NCBI GenBank assembly: GCA_040767085.1
Contig: JAXGPF010000007.1
Span: 224,266 to 288,265 of the forward strand
DNA from: Kiritimatiellia bacterium
GTDB taxonomy: Bacteria > Verrucomicrobiota > Kiritimatiellia > JAAZAB01
Reading direction: 5' to 3'
DNA length: 64,000 nucleotides
Shown here: one piece after another, positions 28,956-43,721 of the stretch
Numbering within the stretch: the first letter of the stretch is position 1
Layout of the letters: every line of letters begins with the position of its first letter
The notes under the pieces: model-generated
Told to the model about the DNA's origin: nothing
The model's database searches: none
What the model saw: only the letters and a program-made list of their open reading frames with translations
Program-made: the position numbers and the translations under genes

Positions 28956-29072
28956 ATCCCGGCGACGTGCTACTCTCCCATGGCCTACACCACAGTACCA
29001 TCGCCGCTGGGGCCCTTCACGTTCGTGTTCGGAATGGGAACGCGTGTTTCCTCCCCGCCATGGTCGCCGGAA
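28956..29072 (-). rRNA. rrf: 5S rRNA
   Basis: CCCATTCCGAACAC...GATGGTACT...GGGAGAGTAG; ends approximate. Confidence 0.95.
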
Positions 29073-29182
29073 AAACTATTTTCGCGCATCCCGCCGCCTG
29101 AAAGCGATCGGGATACCATATATAAAATCAGACAATTGCATAAGGCAACAGGTCCAGCCTGTGTTCAGGAGACGATCCCGGA

Positions 29183-32135
<2,953 letters not shown>

Positions 32136-32269
32136 GAAAAAATCCGGTCTCGCCTACCTGTTACACAGGCTGTTATTGTACCTACTACCCTATGCAATTG
32201 TCAAAGAACAAGCCTTCCCTCGCGGGGAAGACAGAAAAATCAAGACGGCCGCCGGCACTCGCGGCACGC

Positions 32270-32346
32270 TGGTGGGCGTGCCTGGAGTTGAACCAGGGAC
32301 CTCGTCCTTATCAGGGACGCGCTCTAACCAACTGAGCTACACGCCC
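32270..32346 (-). tRNA. tRNA-Ile(GAT)
   Basis: GGGCGTGTAGCTCAG...CTGATAA...GGTTCAACTCC...CCA cloverleaf. Confidence 0.97.
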
Positions 32347-32442
32347 TACTGCACGCCGCGGCTTCGCCGCGCGTTTCGCAGGGCCAGCCCGCGTGGTAGA
32401 ACCGGCGCCGGCGTTTCATGCCCGCATCTCATCCAGCTTAGC

Positions 32443-32518
32443 TGGTGGAGGCAACCGGGTTCGAACCGGCGACCCCGAGCTTGCAAAGCTCGTGCTCTAC
32501 CAACTGAGCTATGCCCCC
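32443..32518 (-). tRNA. tRNA-Ala(TGC)
   Basis: GGGGGCATAGCTCAG...TTTGCAA...CCA with G3:U70. Confidence 0.97.
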
Positions 32519-32749
32519 AGCACATTCGCCGCCCGGCCGCAGGCTGCCGGTCTATCCCGGCGCCACGGCGCATCCGCCAACGCCGACCGTCAATCAAACG
32601 AAACCATGCATTTCGAACCGGAAATGGTATGACTTGCGCTACTGGCTATAAAAATGACCATTGCGCCGCCGTAACGGCGTTTTGCCCCGATGAACGGGAC
32701 AATTGACCTCTCCTAACCGGCTTTTCAAATTGAAAAACCGGCGCGGATA

Positions 32750-34341
<1,592 letters not shown>

Positions 34342-34466
34342 TTTAATTACCATTGACGGCGCTCCTTGCGGCGCGCCGCCAACTATTGTCTGTTTCTGGC
34401 CATTTTTACAGGTTTCGCACAAGTCACACCACTTCCGATTCGAAAGTGATTGTCTTGCATGATTTC

Positions 34467-34480
34467 GTTTTCAAAGATCA
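34467..34480 (-). promoter_or_regulatory. rrn leader boxA-like antitermination site
   Basis: TGATCTTTGAAAAC; similar TGTTCTTTGACAA at 32198-32210 before 23S. Confidence 0.65.
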
Positions 34481-34554
34481 CCCGCCGCGGCTTCCGCCGC
34501 GCCGGCGGGCGCCCGTAGCGCCCTGCAAAAGTTGCTTAATGAAAAGCGTTGTGT

Positions 34555-34635
34555 AAGTTATCAGAATCGCCGGCGATGTCAACAGTTTTTTGAAATATTT
34601 TTATAAAAATTTTTTAAAAAATATTTTTCAATTTT
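34555..34635 (-). promoter_or_regulatory. rrn proximal promoter with UP-element-like AT tract
   Basis: TTGACA (34582-77)-16 nt-TAACTT (34560-55), preceded by a long A/T run. Confidence 0.7.
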
Positions 34636-34691
34636 ACGCCAGCCAAAACCGATTAAAAAAAGGATTTTACGCCTCTTCCAACCGGTATGTC

Positions 34692-34745
34692 AGACTAGCC
34701 GCACGACGCTAAATTGTCAACAAAATAATACAAAAAAAAATACAA
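34692..34745 (-). promoter_or_regulatory. rrn distal promoter
   Basis: TTGACA (34720-15)-17 nt-TAGTCT with upstream T tract. Confidence 0.55.
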
Positions 34746-35185
34746 ATGTCGTGGAGCTTTCAAAATTTCTAAAGGCCGGCCGTATTGCATAAAGGCATTA
34801 TAAAAAATGCAGCCGGCCGGCACATTCTCACGGCGGTATATCGCGCAGCCGGCCTGAAGACGGCTGCAATCGCCAAGCAGCTCCAGCAACGGACAGGATG
34901 GTTCCTGCGTTCCGAACCAATAATCCGGCGCAGCGTCCCTCCGCCATAGCTCGTCAACGGCTTGCCGTTGCCAACGCCTCAAAGGGGCTGGCAAGCGCGG
35001 CGATTTCAGCGCCGGGCAAATCCCTGCTCGTATTCCCCGGCGCCGGACCCGAGAACGAGCAAACGCCACATTGTCAATGCGACCAATTTCACCAGCCGCT
35101 TGACGTCCCGCTTCGTCGGACTGCCGCGGGGTAAACAATGTTGATGCCGACGGCGCGCGAGGAACCCAGGCTTTGCCAAGGCTGC

Positions 35186-35289
35186 GCCCGGCGAAGTCCG
35201 GCTTTGCCGGACTCAGCCGGGCAAGCTGACCGCACTGCCCCCGGAATGGCCTGCGCGCTTCAGCGGAGTCCGTCAAAGCCGGACGTAGC
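35186..35289. repeat. Inverted pair of REP-like palindromes
   Basis: GTCCGGCTTTGCCGGACTC and its near-identical reverse complement ~50 nt downstream. Confidence 0.55.
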
Positions 35290-35333
35290 CCGCAGAGAGA
35301 TCGCGCCCTACCCCGGGACACCAACCCAGGGCG

Positions 35334-35630
35334 TCATGCAAGCATGTCCAGCACAGCCGTGGTAAACGCCCAGACGCCGGTCTGGGCCCCGACTTCATCG
35401 CGTAAGGACTGGAGGCGGACCATGACGCCGGAGATCACAGCGTCATCCTGGACCGTCATGATGGCGGCATTGGCCCCGGGCCAGACGTGGTTATCCATAC
35501 GCGCGCCGCTCTTGGGCCCGCGCCCGGACAGGCGGGGCCAGCGGGTGAATCCGACAATTTTGAATTCCTCCAGGATATCCAGGATCGTTTCATCCAACAC
35601 GATATCGTAAATAATCCAAAGCGCCTTCAT
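35334..35630 (-). CDS. PII-like transporter-associated protein (PG0541-like)
   Basis: MKALWIIY...GFTRW...GRG...HVWPG; ATGA overlap with the RND gene. Confidence 0.8.
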   Translation of the reverse strand: MKALWIIYDIVLDETILDILEEFKIVGFTRWPRLSGRGPKSGARMDNHVWPGANAAIMTVQDDAVISGVMVRLQSLRDEVGAQTGVWAFTTAVLDMLA

Positions 35631-38600
35631 TGCACGGCTCCTTTCAACCTGAGGGCGGCCGCCGCAAGGCGTTTCCGTTCCGCCCGGGAATGCGCCAGGC
35701 TGTACAACACGGGGACGAGCACCAGCGTGATCAGCATGGAAACCGTCAAACCGCCGGCAATGGTGGCGCCCATGGGTTTCCACATGGCCGAGCCCTCGCC
35801 GCGGCTGACAATCATGGGAACCATGCCGGCGACGCTGGTGAGCGTCGTAATCAGCACCGGGCGCAGGCGCGACCGCCCGGCATTCTCGATGGCCGCGGCG
35901 ATGAGCTGGCCGCGCGCCCGCAGCAGGTTGATGTAGTCAATCAGGACGATCGCGTTATTGACCACCACGCCCACCAGCATGATCATGCCGATGAAGGACA
36001 TGATGTTGACCGTCAACCCGAGCGCCGTCAGCGTGACCGCCACGCCGGTGAAGGCGAAAGGGATGGAAAACAGGATCAAAAACGGATCCAGCAGGCTTTC
36101 GAATTGCGCCGCCATGACCATGTACACCAGGACGATGCCGAGAATCAGCATCAAGCGCATTTCGGCGAAGGTTTCGGCCTGATCCTCCGCGGTGCCGCCG
36201 AAATTGATCCCCACCCCCGACGGCAGCGCCACCTGGCGGTTGATTGTCCGGCGCAGCTCGGCCACCACGTCGCCGCTGCTGCGCTCGAAAACATCGGCTT
36301 CCACCGCAATCATGCGCTCCTGGTTCTTGCGGTCAATCTTCAGCGGGCCGGTCTTTTCGACAATGGAGGCGACGCTGTCCAGGCGGATGCGCCGGCCGTC
36401 TTCGGCCGTGAGTTCGGCGCGCGCGAGGTCGGCCAGCGAAACCCGATGCGGCTCATCCAGGCGCAGTAGAATGTCGTACTCGTCGTCGTCCTCATGGAAC
36501 TTGGTGGCCGCCGTGCCGTAAAACAGGGTTCGCAGTCCCCGGGCAATCTGCGACACGTTCAAGCCGTGGGCGGCCGCCTTGACGCGGTCAATTTCGACAT
36601 GCAGCTCCGGCCGGCCCATGTCCCGGGCGATATTCACCTCTACCGCGCCCGGGGTAGCGCGGACAATCCCGGCGACTTGCTCGGCAATCCCCTGCAGAAT
36701 GTCGAAATCGAACCCGGTCACCTCGATCTTGATGGGCTTGGCGCCGCGGCCCGGCCCCATGCCGCCGCCGGCCGTGGTGACCTTCACCACCTCCGGCCAG
36801 CGCGCCACTTGGTCCGCCGCCTCGCGCCCGATGGCCTTGGAAGTTTTCGTGCGCTGGCGGGTGCCGACCAGGCGCAACTGCACCTGGCCGATGTGCGTCC
36901 CGGAACTGGAATCCATCCCCCGGCCTTCGCCGCACCGCATGGAGTAGGTGCGGACATTTTCCCGTCCCGCCGCCGCCAGGGCCACCGGGATAATACGGCG
37001 GCAGACTTCCGCCGTTTCTTCCACCCGGGTGCCGATATCCAACTCCACCCGGATGGTCAGCCGGTCGGAATCGTCTTCCGGCGAGTATTCCGACCCCACC
37101 GTCAGAAACAGCAGGACGCCGCCGCCCAGCAGCGCCAGGGCCAGCACAATTACCAGCCAGCGCGCGCGCAAGGCCCGGCGCAGCAGCCGGCCATAAGCGG
37201 CATCCACGGCTTGAAAGCCCCGGTCGGCGCGGGCATGGAAGGCGGCCAGGCGCGGGCCCATCCGCGCCTGCTGCTCCTTGACCGTCCGCAACAGCTTGCT
37301 GCCCAGCATCGGAGTCAGCCACAGGGCGCAAACCATGCTCGCCAGCAGGGTAGCCGTCAACAATCCGCCCAACTGCTTGAACATCACCCCCGATTCCCCT
37401 TCCAGGAAGATCAACGGGACAAACACGACGATGGTGGTCAGGGTGGAGGCGGACACTGCCGTGCCCACTTCTTCGCTGCCGAACATGGCCGCCTCGCGGG
37501 GCGCGGCGCCGCCTTCGACTTTTTTCGTGATATTTTCCAGCACCACCACGGCATTATCCACCACCATGCCCATGGCGACCGCCAGGCTGGACATGGAAAT
37601 GATGTTGATAGTCCACCCCATCGTCCACATAAAGATAAAAGATATGATCAGGGAAAAGGGGATGGTCAAGGCGATGATCAGCGCCGAACGCAGGTTGCGC
37701 AGAAACAGCAGTGCGACCAGCACCACGAAAACAAACGCCCATTGGACGGTATGGGTCACGTTGTTGATCGAGTTGACGATGTCGGTGCTGGTGTCGGCAA
37801 TCAGGTGCAGTTCGATATCGCGCGGCAGGTTCGGTTTCAGGCGCTCCAATTCCCTGGTGATTTCCCGGGCCACGGCGACCGTATTGGCGCCGGAGCGCTT
37901 TTGCACCATCATCATCATGCCGCGGCTGCTGTTGATCTCCGTGATGCGTTTTTCCTCCTCGAAACCGTCCAGCACCTGCGCCACATCCCGCAGGTAAACA
38001 TAGGCGCCCTTTTCCGCGCGCAGCACCACCGTCTCCAATTCCGCCGGCGCGGCGAATTCGCCGGGCACGCGGATCGTGTAATCCATGCGGCCCACCTTGA
38101 GATTGCCGGCGGGCAGGGTGACGTTTTCCGCCGCCAGCACCCGGGCCACGGCTTCCAGGTCAATGCCGTAGGCGGTCAGTTTCGCGGGATCCAGCCGCAC
38201 CTGGATTTCGCGCTGCAGCCCGCCAAAGAGGTTGACCGTGCCGACGCCCGGCAGGCGCTTGAGGGGATCCGCGACATCGCGATCTATGATGTCGTACAGA
38301 TTTTCCACGCTTTCCCGGGCGGTGACGCCATAGAACTGGATCGGTATCTGGGAGGTATTGAACTTCATGAAGCGCGGCTCTTCCGCGTCTTCCGGCAAAT
38401 CCCGCTTGACGCGGTCAATGTTGCTGCGCATGTCGTTGGATGCCTCGTCGAGGTCCGTCCCCCAGACGAACTCGCAGGTCACGGAAGAGATGCCCTCCAC
38501 CGTGGCGCTGGTCAGTTCCTTCAGGTTATTGACCGATCCCAGGGCGCGCTCGATCTGCTTGGTGACCTTGTTTTCCACATCCTCAGTACTGGCCCCGCTC

Positions 38601-38752
38601 CATTCGGTCACGACCGTTACCGTCGGCCGTTCGATCTCCGGCAGGTAATCCACCGAGAGTTCCATGATCATGACGGCGCCGATCATCAGCACCGCCAGGA
38701 AAAACATCAAGGTCGTAACGGGCTGGCGTACGCCTAATTCAGGTAATTTCAC
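35627..38752 (-). CDS. RND efflux transporter permease
   Basis: 1041 aa; GMVVDNAVVVLENI, GVVVNNAIVL, RLRPVLITT. Confidence 0.96.
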   Translation of the reverse strand: MKLPELGVRQPVTTLMFFLAVLMIGAVMIMELSVDYLPEIERPTVTVVTEWSGASTEDVENKVTKQIERALGSVNNLKELTSATVEGISSVTCEFVWGTDLDEASNDMRSNIDRVKRDLPEDAEEPRFMKFNTSQIPIQFYGVTARESVENLYDIIDRDVADPLKRLPGVGTVNLFGGLQREIQVRLDPAKLTAYGIDLEAVARVLAAENVTLPAGNLKVGRMDYTIRVPGEFAAPAELETVVLRAEKGAYVYLRDVAQVLDGFEEEKRITEINSSRGMMMMVQKRSGANTVAVAREITRELERLKPNLPRDIELHLIADTSTDIVNSINNVTHTVQWAFVFVVLVALLFLRNLRSALIIALTIPFSLIISFIFMWTMGWTINIISMSSLAVAMGMVVDNAVVVLENITKKVEGGAAPREAAMFGSEEVGTAVSASTLTTIVVFVPLIFLEGESGVMFKQLGGLLTATLLASMVCALWLTPMLGSKLLRTVKEQQARMGPRLAAFHARADRGFQAVDAAYGRLLRRALRARWLVIVLALALLGGGVLLFLTVGSEYSPEDDSDRLTIRVELDIGTRVEETAEVCRRIIPVALAAAGRENVRTYSMRCGEGRGMDSSSGTHIGQVQLRLVGTRQRTKTSKAIGREAADQVARWPEVVKVTTAGGGMGPGRGAKPIKIEVTGFDFDILQGIAEQVAGIVRATPGAVEVNIARDMGRPELHVEIDRVKAAAHGLNVSQIARGLRTLFYGTAATKFHEDDDEYDILLRLDEPHRVSLADLARAELTAEDGRRIRLDSVASIVEKTGPLKIDRKNQERMIAVEADVFERSSGDVVAELRRTINRQVALPSGVGINFGGTAEDQAETFAEMRLMLILGIVLVYMVMAAQFESLLDPFLILFSIPFAFTGVAVTLTALGLTVNIMSFIGMIMLVGVVVNNAIVLIDYINLLRARGQLIAAAIENAGRSRLRPVLITTLTSVAGMVPMIVSRGEGSAMWKPMGATIAGGLTVSMLITLVLVPVLYSLAHSRAERKRLAAAALRLKGAVQ

Positions 38753-38765
38753 GGTGGGGTCTCCC

Positions 38766-39932
38766 TCATGACGCCGGGGGCTCCCCGGCCGGACCGGGCG
38801 CCGGTTTGACCCGCTCTACATTGGCGCCGTCCGTAAGCTTATTCTGGCCCATGGTGACGTATTCCTCGCCGTCCTGCAGTCCTTCCAGGATTTCCACCTG
38901 GTCGCCGCTGCGAATCCCGGTAACGACCGTCCGCGCGCGGGCGGCATTGCCTTCTATGATAAAGACCACCTGGCGTTCCAGGACGCGCAAAACGCTGGCA
39001 GCCGGGACCAACAGGGCATTTTCACGCACCGCCAGGCGGATTTCCGCCGTGGCGTACATGCCGGGCCGCAGCAGCCAGGCGCCGGCGCCGTTGCGCTCGT
39101 TCTCCAGCAGAATTTCCACCGGCGCCGTGCGGGTGGAAGTATCCACCGTCGGGAAAACCCGCGCCACCTTGCATTGGAAAACGCGGTCGGGATAGGCGTC
39201 CGTGCTAACCGCCACGGGCGTTTCGCCGGGGTGCAGCAGCGGCAGCATGCGCGCCGGCACGGAAACCATCAACCGCAGCGGCGACATCTGCACCAGGCGC
39301 ACGATCGGCGCATTTGCCCCGACCATGGCCCCAGGATCAACGTAGCGTTCGGCCACCACGCCGTCCATGGGCGCGCGAATGAACGATTCCTGCAGGTTGA
39401 CCTGCGCCAGTTCGCGCTGGGCGCGGGCCTGCGCCAGGGCCGCCTCGGCGCTTTCATGGGCCGCCACGGCCGCGTCGCGCGCCTGTTCCGTCGTGACTTC
39501 CTGCGCGAAAAGCGCCTCGAGCCGCCGCCGCTCGCGTACCTTGTCGTTCAACGCCGCCTCAGCCTGGCGGACCTGGGCATCGGCGAGCGCCAGTTGCGCT
39601 TCCAGGTCGCGGTGCTCGATTTCGGCGAGCACCTCGCCCCGCCGCACGGCCACTCCTTCGGTCACCTCAATGCCATTGGTCAGCGCCAGCTTGTCCAGAC
39701 GTCCGGACAGTTTGGCGGAGACCTGCACGGAAAGCGGCGATTCCAGTTCGCCGGTAAACTGCAGCCTTTCGGCAATTTCACCGGGCCGCACCACGGCCGT
39801 GCGCACGGCCACGGGCAGCATTTTTTTACCGCTGCCGGCCGTCCCCGGCGCCCGGGCGGCCGGCGAGCAGCCCGCCAGCCAGAGGACGGCCGGCAGGGCC
39901 GCGGCAAGGTAACACAGCGCGCTCTTATGCAT
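38766..39932 (-). CDS. RND membrane fusion protein (lipoprotein)
   Basis: LAGC lipobox, IRAPMDGVV, LRPGMYA; GAGGAG RBS. Confidence 0.93.
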   Translation of the reverse strand: MHKSALCYLAAALPAVLWLAGCSPAARAPGTAGSGKKMLPVAVRTAVVRPGEIAERLQFTGELESPLSVQVSAKLSGRLDKLALTNGIEVTEGVAVRRGEVLAEIEHRDLEAQLALADAQVRQAEAALNDKVRERRRLEALFAQEVTTEQARDAAVAAHESAEAALAQARAQRELAQVNLQESFIRAPMDGVVAERYVDPGAMVGANAPIVRLVQMSPLRLMVSVPARMLPLLHPGETPVAVSTDAYPDRVFQCKVARVFPTVDTSTRTAPVEILLENERNGAGAWLLRPGMYATAEIRLAVRENALLVPAASVLRVLERQVVFIIEGNAARARTVVTGIRSGDQVEILEGLQDGEEYVTMGQNKLTDGANVERVKPAPGPAGEPPAS

Positions 39933-39967
39933 GATTCTCCTCATGAAGTTTTCCTAACCAAACTGAT

Positions 39968-41443
39968 TCAAGGCTGGCCCTGCGATAATACGGCCGCATC
40001 CGGCAGGCGTCCGTCCGAAATCAACCCCATAGCCTGCTGCAGTGCCACGCGGGTGACCGCATGGTCAAACAGCGACCGGTAATAATTCGCCGAAGCGGTG
40101 GTCAGCGCCTGCCGGGCGTCCATCACCTCCACGGGTGTGTTTTGTCCTTCCTTCATGCCCGTTTCTACCAGGCGCACGGCCTCCTTCGCCGTTTCCAAGT
40201 TGCGATTCTGGGAATTGGCGAATTCTTCGGCCGTCTTCAGCGACAGCACCAACTGCCGGATTTCGCTGACAACCTGCTCCTCGGCGTTACGCAGCTCGAT
40301 TTTATACTGGCGCAGGCGGGCGCGTTCCTGGATCAGTTCCCCCGCCCGGGCCATCCCGTCGAAAACCGACAGGCGCAATTCCAGGCCGGCCTGCCATTCG
40401 TCGCCCCACTCGTCGCGGCTTGAATCGTGCGGATCGGGATTTGCCCATTCCTGCGAAAGATACCCGGACAATTCGGGAAAATACCGGCTGCGGATCGCGG
40501 CCACATTCTCACGCTGCAATTGCACGGCATACTCCGCCGCCGCCAGGTCGGCGCGCCGTTCCAGCGCCGTCCGCAGCGCCGCATCGAAAGTGATTTCCTC
40601 CAGCACCAGCGGAATCGAATCCACCAGGCGCACCTCGCTCCCCGGCGAGGCGCCGATCAGGCGGAACAGCGCCGTGAAGGCGACATCCTTGTTGTTGCGC
40701 GCCTGCAGCACCTGAGCCCGGAAATTCGACACTTCCACTTCCGCCCGCAACTCGTCGTAATTCGAGGCCATGCCCTGCCGCCGCCGGGCCCGGGTATCGG
40801 CCAACTGGCGCTCGGCAGTTTCCAGCGCCGAGATGTTGACGTCCAGCAGGTGGTCCGAAAGCACGGCATGGTAGTATGCCGCCACCACTTCGTAACGGAC
40901 ATCTTCCTCGGCCTGGCGGATGCCTTCCTCCGCGCGCATCCGGTAAAGCCGGGAACTCCGCATGGCCGGACCGATCTTGCCGTTCAACAGCGGCTGGCTC
41001 AGTTTCAGCCCGGCCCGGTACTGATCCTGGAAACGCGTCGTCGTGTACTCGCCGTCGCGGAGCGCGCCCATTTCCTCATCGCGGCGCAGGTAACTGCCGG
41101 TCAAGTCCAGTTCCGGGAGCACTTCGGCATAGGATTGCCGGATGCGCCCGCGGGCAATCTCCCGCTCCAGGCGTTCGCGCCGCAGCGGCAGATTCCGCGC
41201 CAGGGCCTTGGCGATCGCCTCGCCCAGCCGCAGATCGCCTTCCAGGTATTCCGATTCTTCCGTCGCCGTCCTGGCGGAAAGCTCCTGCAGGCGCGCGGCG
41301 GAGCGCTGGGCGCGCAGTTGGCGCATATCGCCGGTATCCGGCACATGGACGCAACCCGCGCCCAGCGCCAGGGCCAGCGCCGCCGCCCAGCCGCGCCAGG
41401 CGCGGCCCCGCCGGCCCGCAAATCGTCCCACGCCGGCAGTCAT
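39968..41443 (-). CDS. TolC-family outer membrane efflux protein
   Basis: GAGC lipobox, two OEP repeats (LPELDLTG, FPELSG), position in operon. Confidence 0.92.
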   Translation of the reverse strand: MTAGVGRFAGRRGRAWRGWAAALALALGAGCVHVPDTGDMRQLRAQRSAARLQELSARTATEESEYLEGDLRLGEAIAKALARNLPLRRERLEREIARGRIRQSYAEVLPELDLTGSYLRRDEEMGALRDGEYTTTRFQDQYRAGLKLSQPLLNGKIGPAMRSSRLYRMRAEEGIRQAEEDVRYEVVAAYYHAVLSDHLLDVNISALETAERQLADTRARRRQGMASNYDELRAEVEVSNFRAQVLQARNNKDVAFTALFRLIGASPGSEVRLVDSIPLVLEEITFDAALRTALERRADLAAAEYAVQLQRENVAAIRSRYFPELSGYLSQEWANPDPHDSSRDEWGDEWQAGLELRLSVFDGMARAGELIQERARLRQYKIELRNAEEQVVSEIRQLVLSLKTAEEFANSQNRNLETAKEAVRLVETGMKEGQNTPVEVMDARQALTTASANYYRSLFDHAVTRVALQQAMGLISDGRLPDAAVLSQGQP

Positions 41444-42129
41444 CGCCGCCCTCCTTTGACCGCCGGCGTCCGCAGGCCGCGCCGAACGCCCGCGCGCACC
41501 GCGCGGACACCCGCCAGGCTGAACCGGACGATATGCTCCGCCAGGGCATCCGGCCCCATCGTCAACGGCGGCGGCCGGCGGCGGCCATCCCGCGGCATGT
41601 TCCGCAAACGGCGTTCATGCGCCATCACCGCGTGGCATTGCGCATGCACGCTCATCGCGCACAGCCGCACTGCTTCCGGCGCCGCGTCCGGCCCCAGCAG
41701 AACGCGGATGATCTGCTCCAGCATCTCGCGCAACGGCTTGATGGAATGATGCATCACTTCCGCGCAGAGCCCGGAGGGATGCAACATCTCGCGGTCGGCA
41801 ATTTTCATGTCCAGGGAGCGGGCATCCAGGAACCGGCGCACCAGCGCCAGGACATGGCCGCGCAAACGCTCGGCGGGCGGCGCGGCGGACGGCACCCCCC
41901 CATCCAGGGGATAGGCCTTGACGCTCTGGGCAATGGCATGCCGCCAGGCGGCGACATAAAGCTGTTTCTTGCCGCCGAAGTGGTAATTAACCGCCGCCAC
42001 ATTCGCGCGGGCGGCGCGGCAAATCTCGGCCGTCCGGGCGGCGTGATACCCCTGTTCGGCAAAAAGCCGGCAGGCGGACTCCAGCAGCCGGTTCCGGGTT
42101 TCCAAGCCATCGGCTCGATTAGCGGTCAT
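41440..42129 (-). CDS. TetR-family regulator (CecR/DUF1956-like)
   Basis: TRNRLLESACRLFAEQGY...NVAAVNYHFGGK, HIVRFSLAG. Confidence 0.9.
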   Translation of the reverse strand: MTANRADGLETRNRLLESACRLFAEQGYHAARTAEICRAARANVAAVNYHFGGKKQLYVAAWRHAIAQSVKAYPLDGGVPSAAPPAERLRGHVLALVRRFLDARSLDMKIADREMLHPSGLCAEVMHHSIKPLREMLEQIIRVLLGPDAAPEAVRLCAMSVHAQCHAVMAHERRLRNMPRDGRRRPPPLTMGPDALAEHIVRFSLAGVRAVRAGVRRGLRTPAVKGGRR

Positions 42130-42288
42130 GCGTCGATCTCCACGCGCGCAAGACAGGATGCGCCTTTTCAATTCATAATTTAAAATATCCGTTTGAACTA
42201 GTCAATCAAATAATTCCGGGCAAGCCGCGCTTTCGCCCATGGATGGCACGGAAGCGCCCGGGAAAACATGACGCGCCGTTGCTGGAGT

Positions 42289-43185
42289 TCAAGGCGCCGA
42301 ATCATCCAGCAACACCCGCGATGCCCGGGCGCGCCGGCAACGGAAATCCTTGGACAGCGCAAACATGGCGGCGTGGGTTTCCGCGTCGTAGAACCGCAAA
42401 TGCAACCGCCGTTCGGCTATGCGCCGCGAGATCAAGTCCGGCGGGCATGCGCCCAGCGCGGCATCGCGCGCCGCCATGACGAAGCCCCACTCGGTGCAGT
42501 AGGATGGAATAAACGCACGGTACGACCGCGGTTGCGCAAACACCTGCCCGACGGTGTTAAAGATAACGGCATGGGATTCGGACATGGACACGCCAACGTC
42601 GCCGGCCTGCAGAACCGCCAGGCCGCCAGGCGCCAGGCGCGCGCGGACGATTTCGTAAAACTGGCGGGTGAACAGGTTCCGGGCGGGCCCGCCTTCGCAC
42701 GGATCGCACAAGTCCATGATCATGACATCGAACCGGCGCGGCGTCTCAGCCAGATAACCGCGGGCATCAGCGATCACCAATTCCAGCCGCGGATCGTCGA
42801 AACTGCCCTGATGCCAGTCGGACAGATGGGCGCGGCACAGGGCTACGACTTCCCGGTCAATATCGACCATCACCGCCTGCTCCACCGCAGGATGGCGGAA
42901 TATTTCCCGCAGGACCGCCCCTTCGCCGCCGCCGGCCACTAAAATCCGCCGCGGTGCGGGGTGCAGCAGCATGGTTGGATGCACCAGGGCTTCATGGTAA
43001 ATGTACTCGTCCGCCGCCGCCGATTGGATTTGACCGTCAATGACCAGCATCCGCCCATAGGCGTCGGTGTCGACAATCTGCGCCTGCTGATAAGGGGTGC
43101 GCGCCGTGGCCACCATTTGCCGGAGGCGGAACAGGTGGGCCGTGGCGGGCGTCGGCCATTCACAAAACCATTCCGAAGGCCGCAT
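42289..43185 (-). CDS. speE: Polyamine aminopropyltransferase
   Basis: TPYQ, DEYIYHEALVHP, GGGEGA, VDID. Confidence 0.92.
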   Translation of the reverse strand: MRPSEWFCEWPTPATAHLFRLRQMVATARTPYQQAQIVDTDAYGRMLVIDGQIQSAAADEYIYHEALVHPTMLLHPAPRRILVAGGGEGAVLREIFRHPAVEQAVMVDIDREVVALCRAHLSDWHQGSFDDPRLELVIADARGYLAETPRRFDVMIMDLCDPCEGGPARNLFTRQFYEIVRARLAPGGLAVLQAGDVGVSMSESHAVIFNTVGQVFAQPRSYRAFIPSYCTEWGFVMAARDAALGACPPDLISRRIAERRLHLRFYDAETHAAMFALSKDFRCRRARASRVLLDDSAP

Positions 43186-43598
43186 TATCGGATATCTCCG
43201 GGGGCGCCGGCCGGCGGTTTATGCCGCCGGATGGTGTTAAATATGCCGCGGCGAATCTCATGGGCCGTCATGTTGCGCGCCCGCAGGATATCGTTCAGAT
43301 AATGGCAGGGAATCCAGGGATCGATTGTCTGGCCGCAGGTGAAAATATCCAGCGCGGCATAACCGTGTTCGGGCCACGTGTGAATCGCCAAATGCGATTC
43401 GGAAATGACCACGACGCCGCTGACACCATACGGGCTGAAATGGTGAAAAATCGCATTTTTGATTTCAGCGCCGGCGGCTACGGCCGCGGCGGACATCTCC
43501 CTTTGGATTATCTTGGGATCATCCAGCTTATCCGGCGGGCATCCATGCAACTCCGCCAGCACCTGCCGCCCCAAAGCGTGTTTTTTGAGCACATCCAA
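43185..43598 (-). CDS. speD: S-adenosylmethionine decarboxylase proenzyme
   Basis: FSPYGVSGVVVISESHLAIHTWPE...DIFTCG; start approximate. Confidence 0.93.
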   Translation of the reverse strand: MDVLKKHALGRQVLAELHGCPPDKLDDPKIIQREMSAAAVAAGAEIKNAIFHHFSPYGVSGVVVISESHLAIHTWPEHGYAALDIFTCGQTIDPWIPCHYLNDILRARNMTAHEIRRGIFNTIRRHKPPAGAPGDIR

Positions 43599-43721
43599 CC
43601 CTCCCTGTTAATGCATACAAATGATTTTTAATTGTAGTCGAAAGCTCTCTCAGTGTCCAGCAAAAACCAAATTCGAGATTCTGCTTGTGACCGGCAAGGC
43701 CGAGATGCTATGTTTTTCCGC

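Noticed and set aside
32270-32518. tRNA order Ala then Ile in the spacer
   Set aside because: A known arrangement in several lineages, including PVC; useful for taxonomy only.
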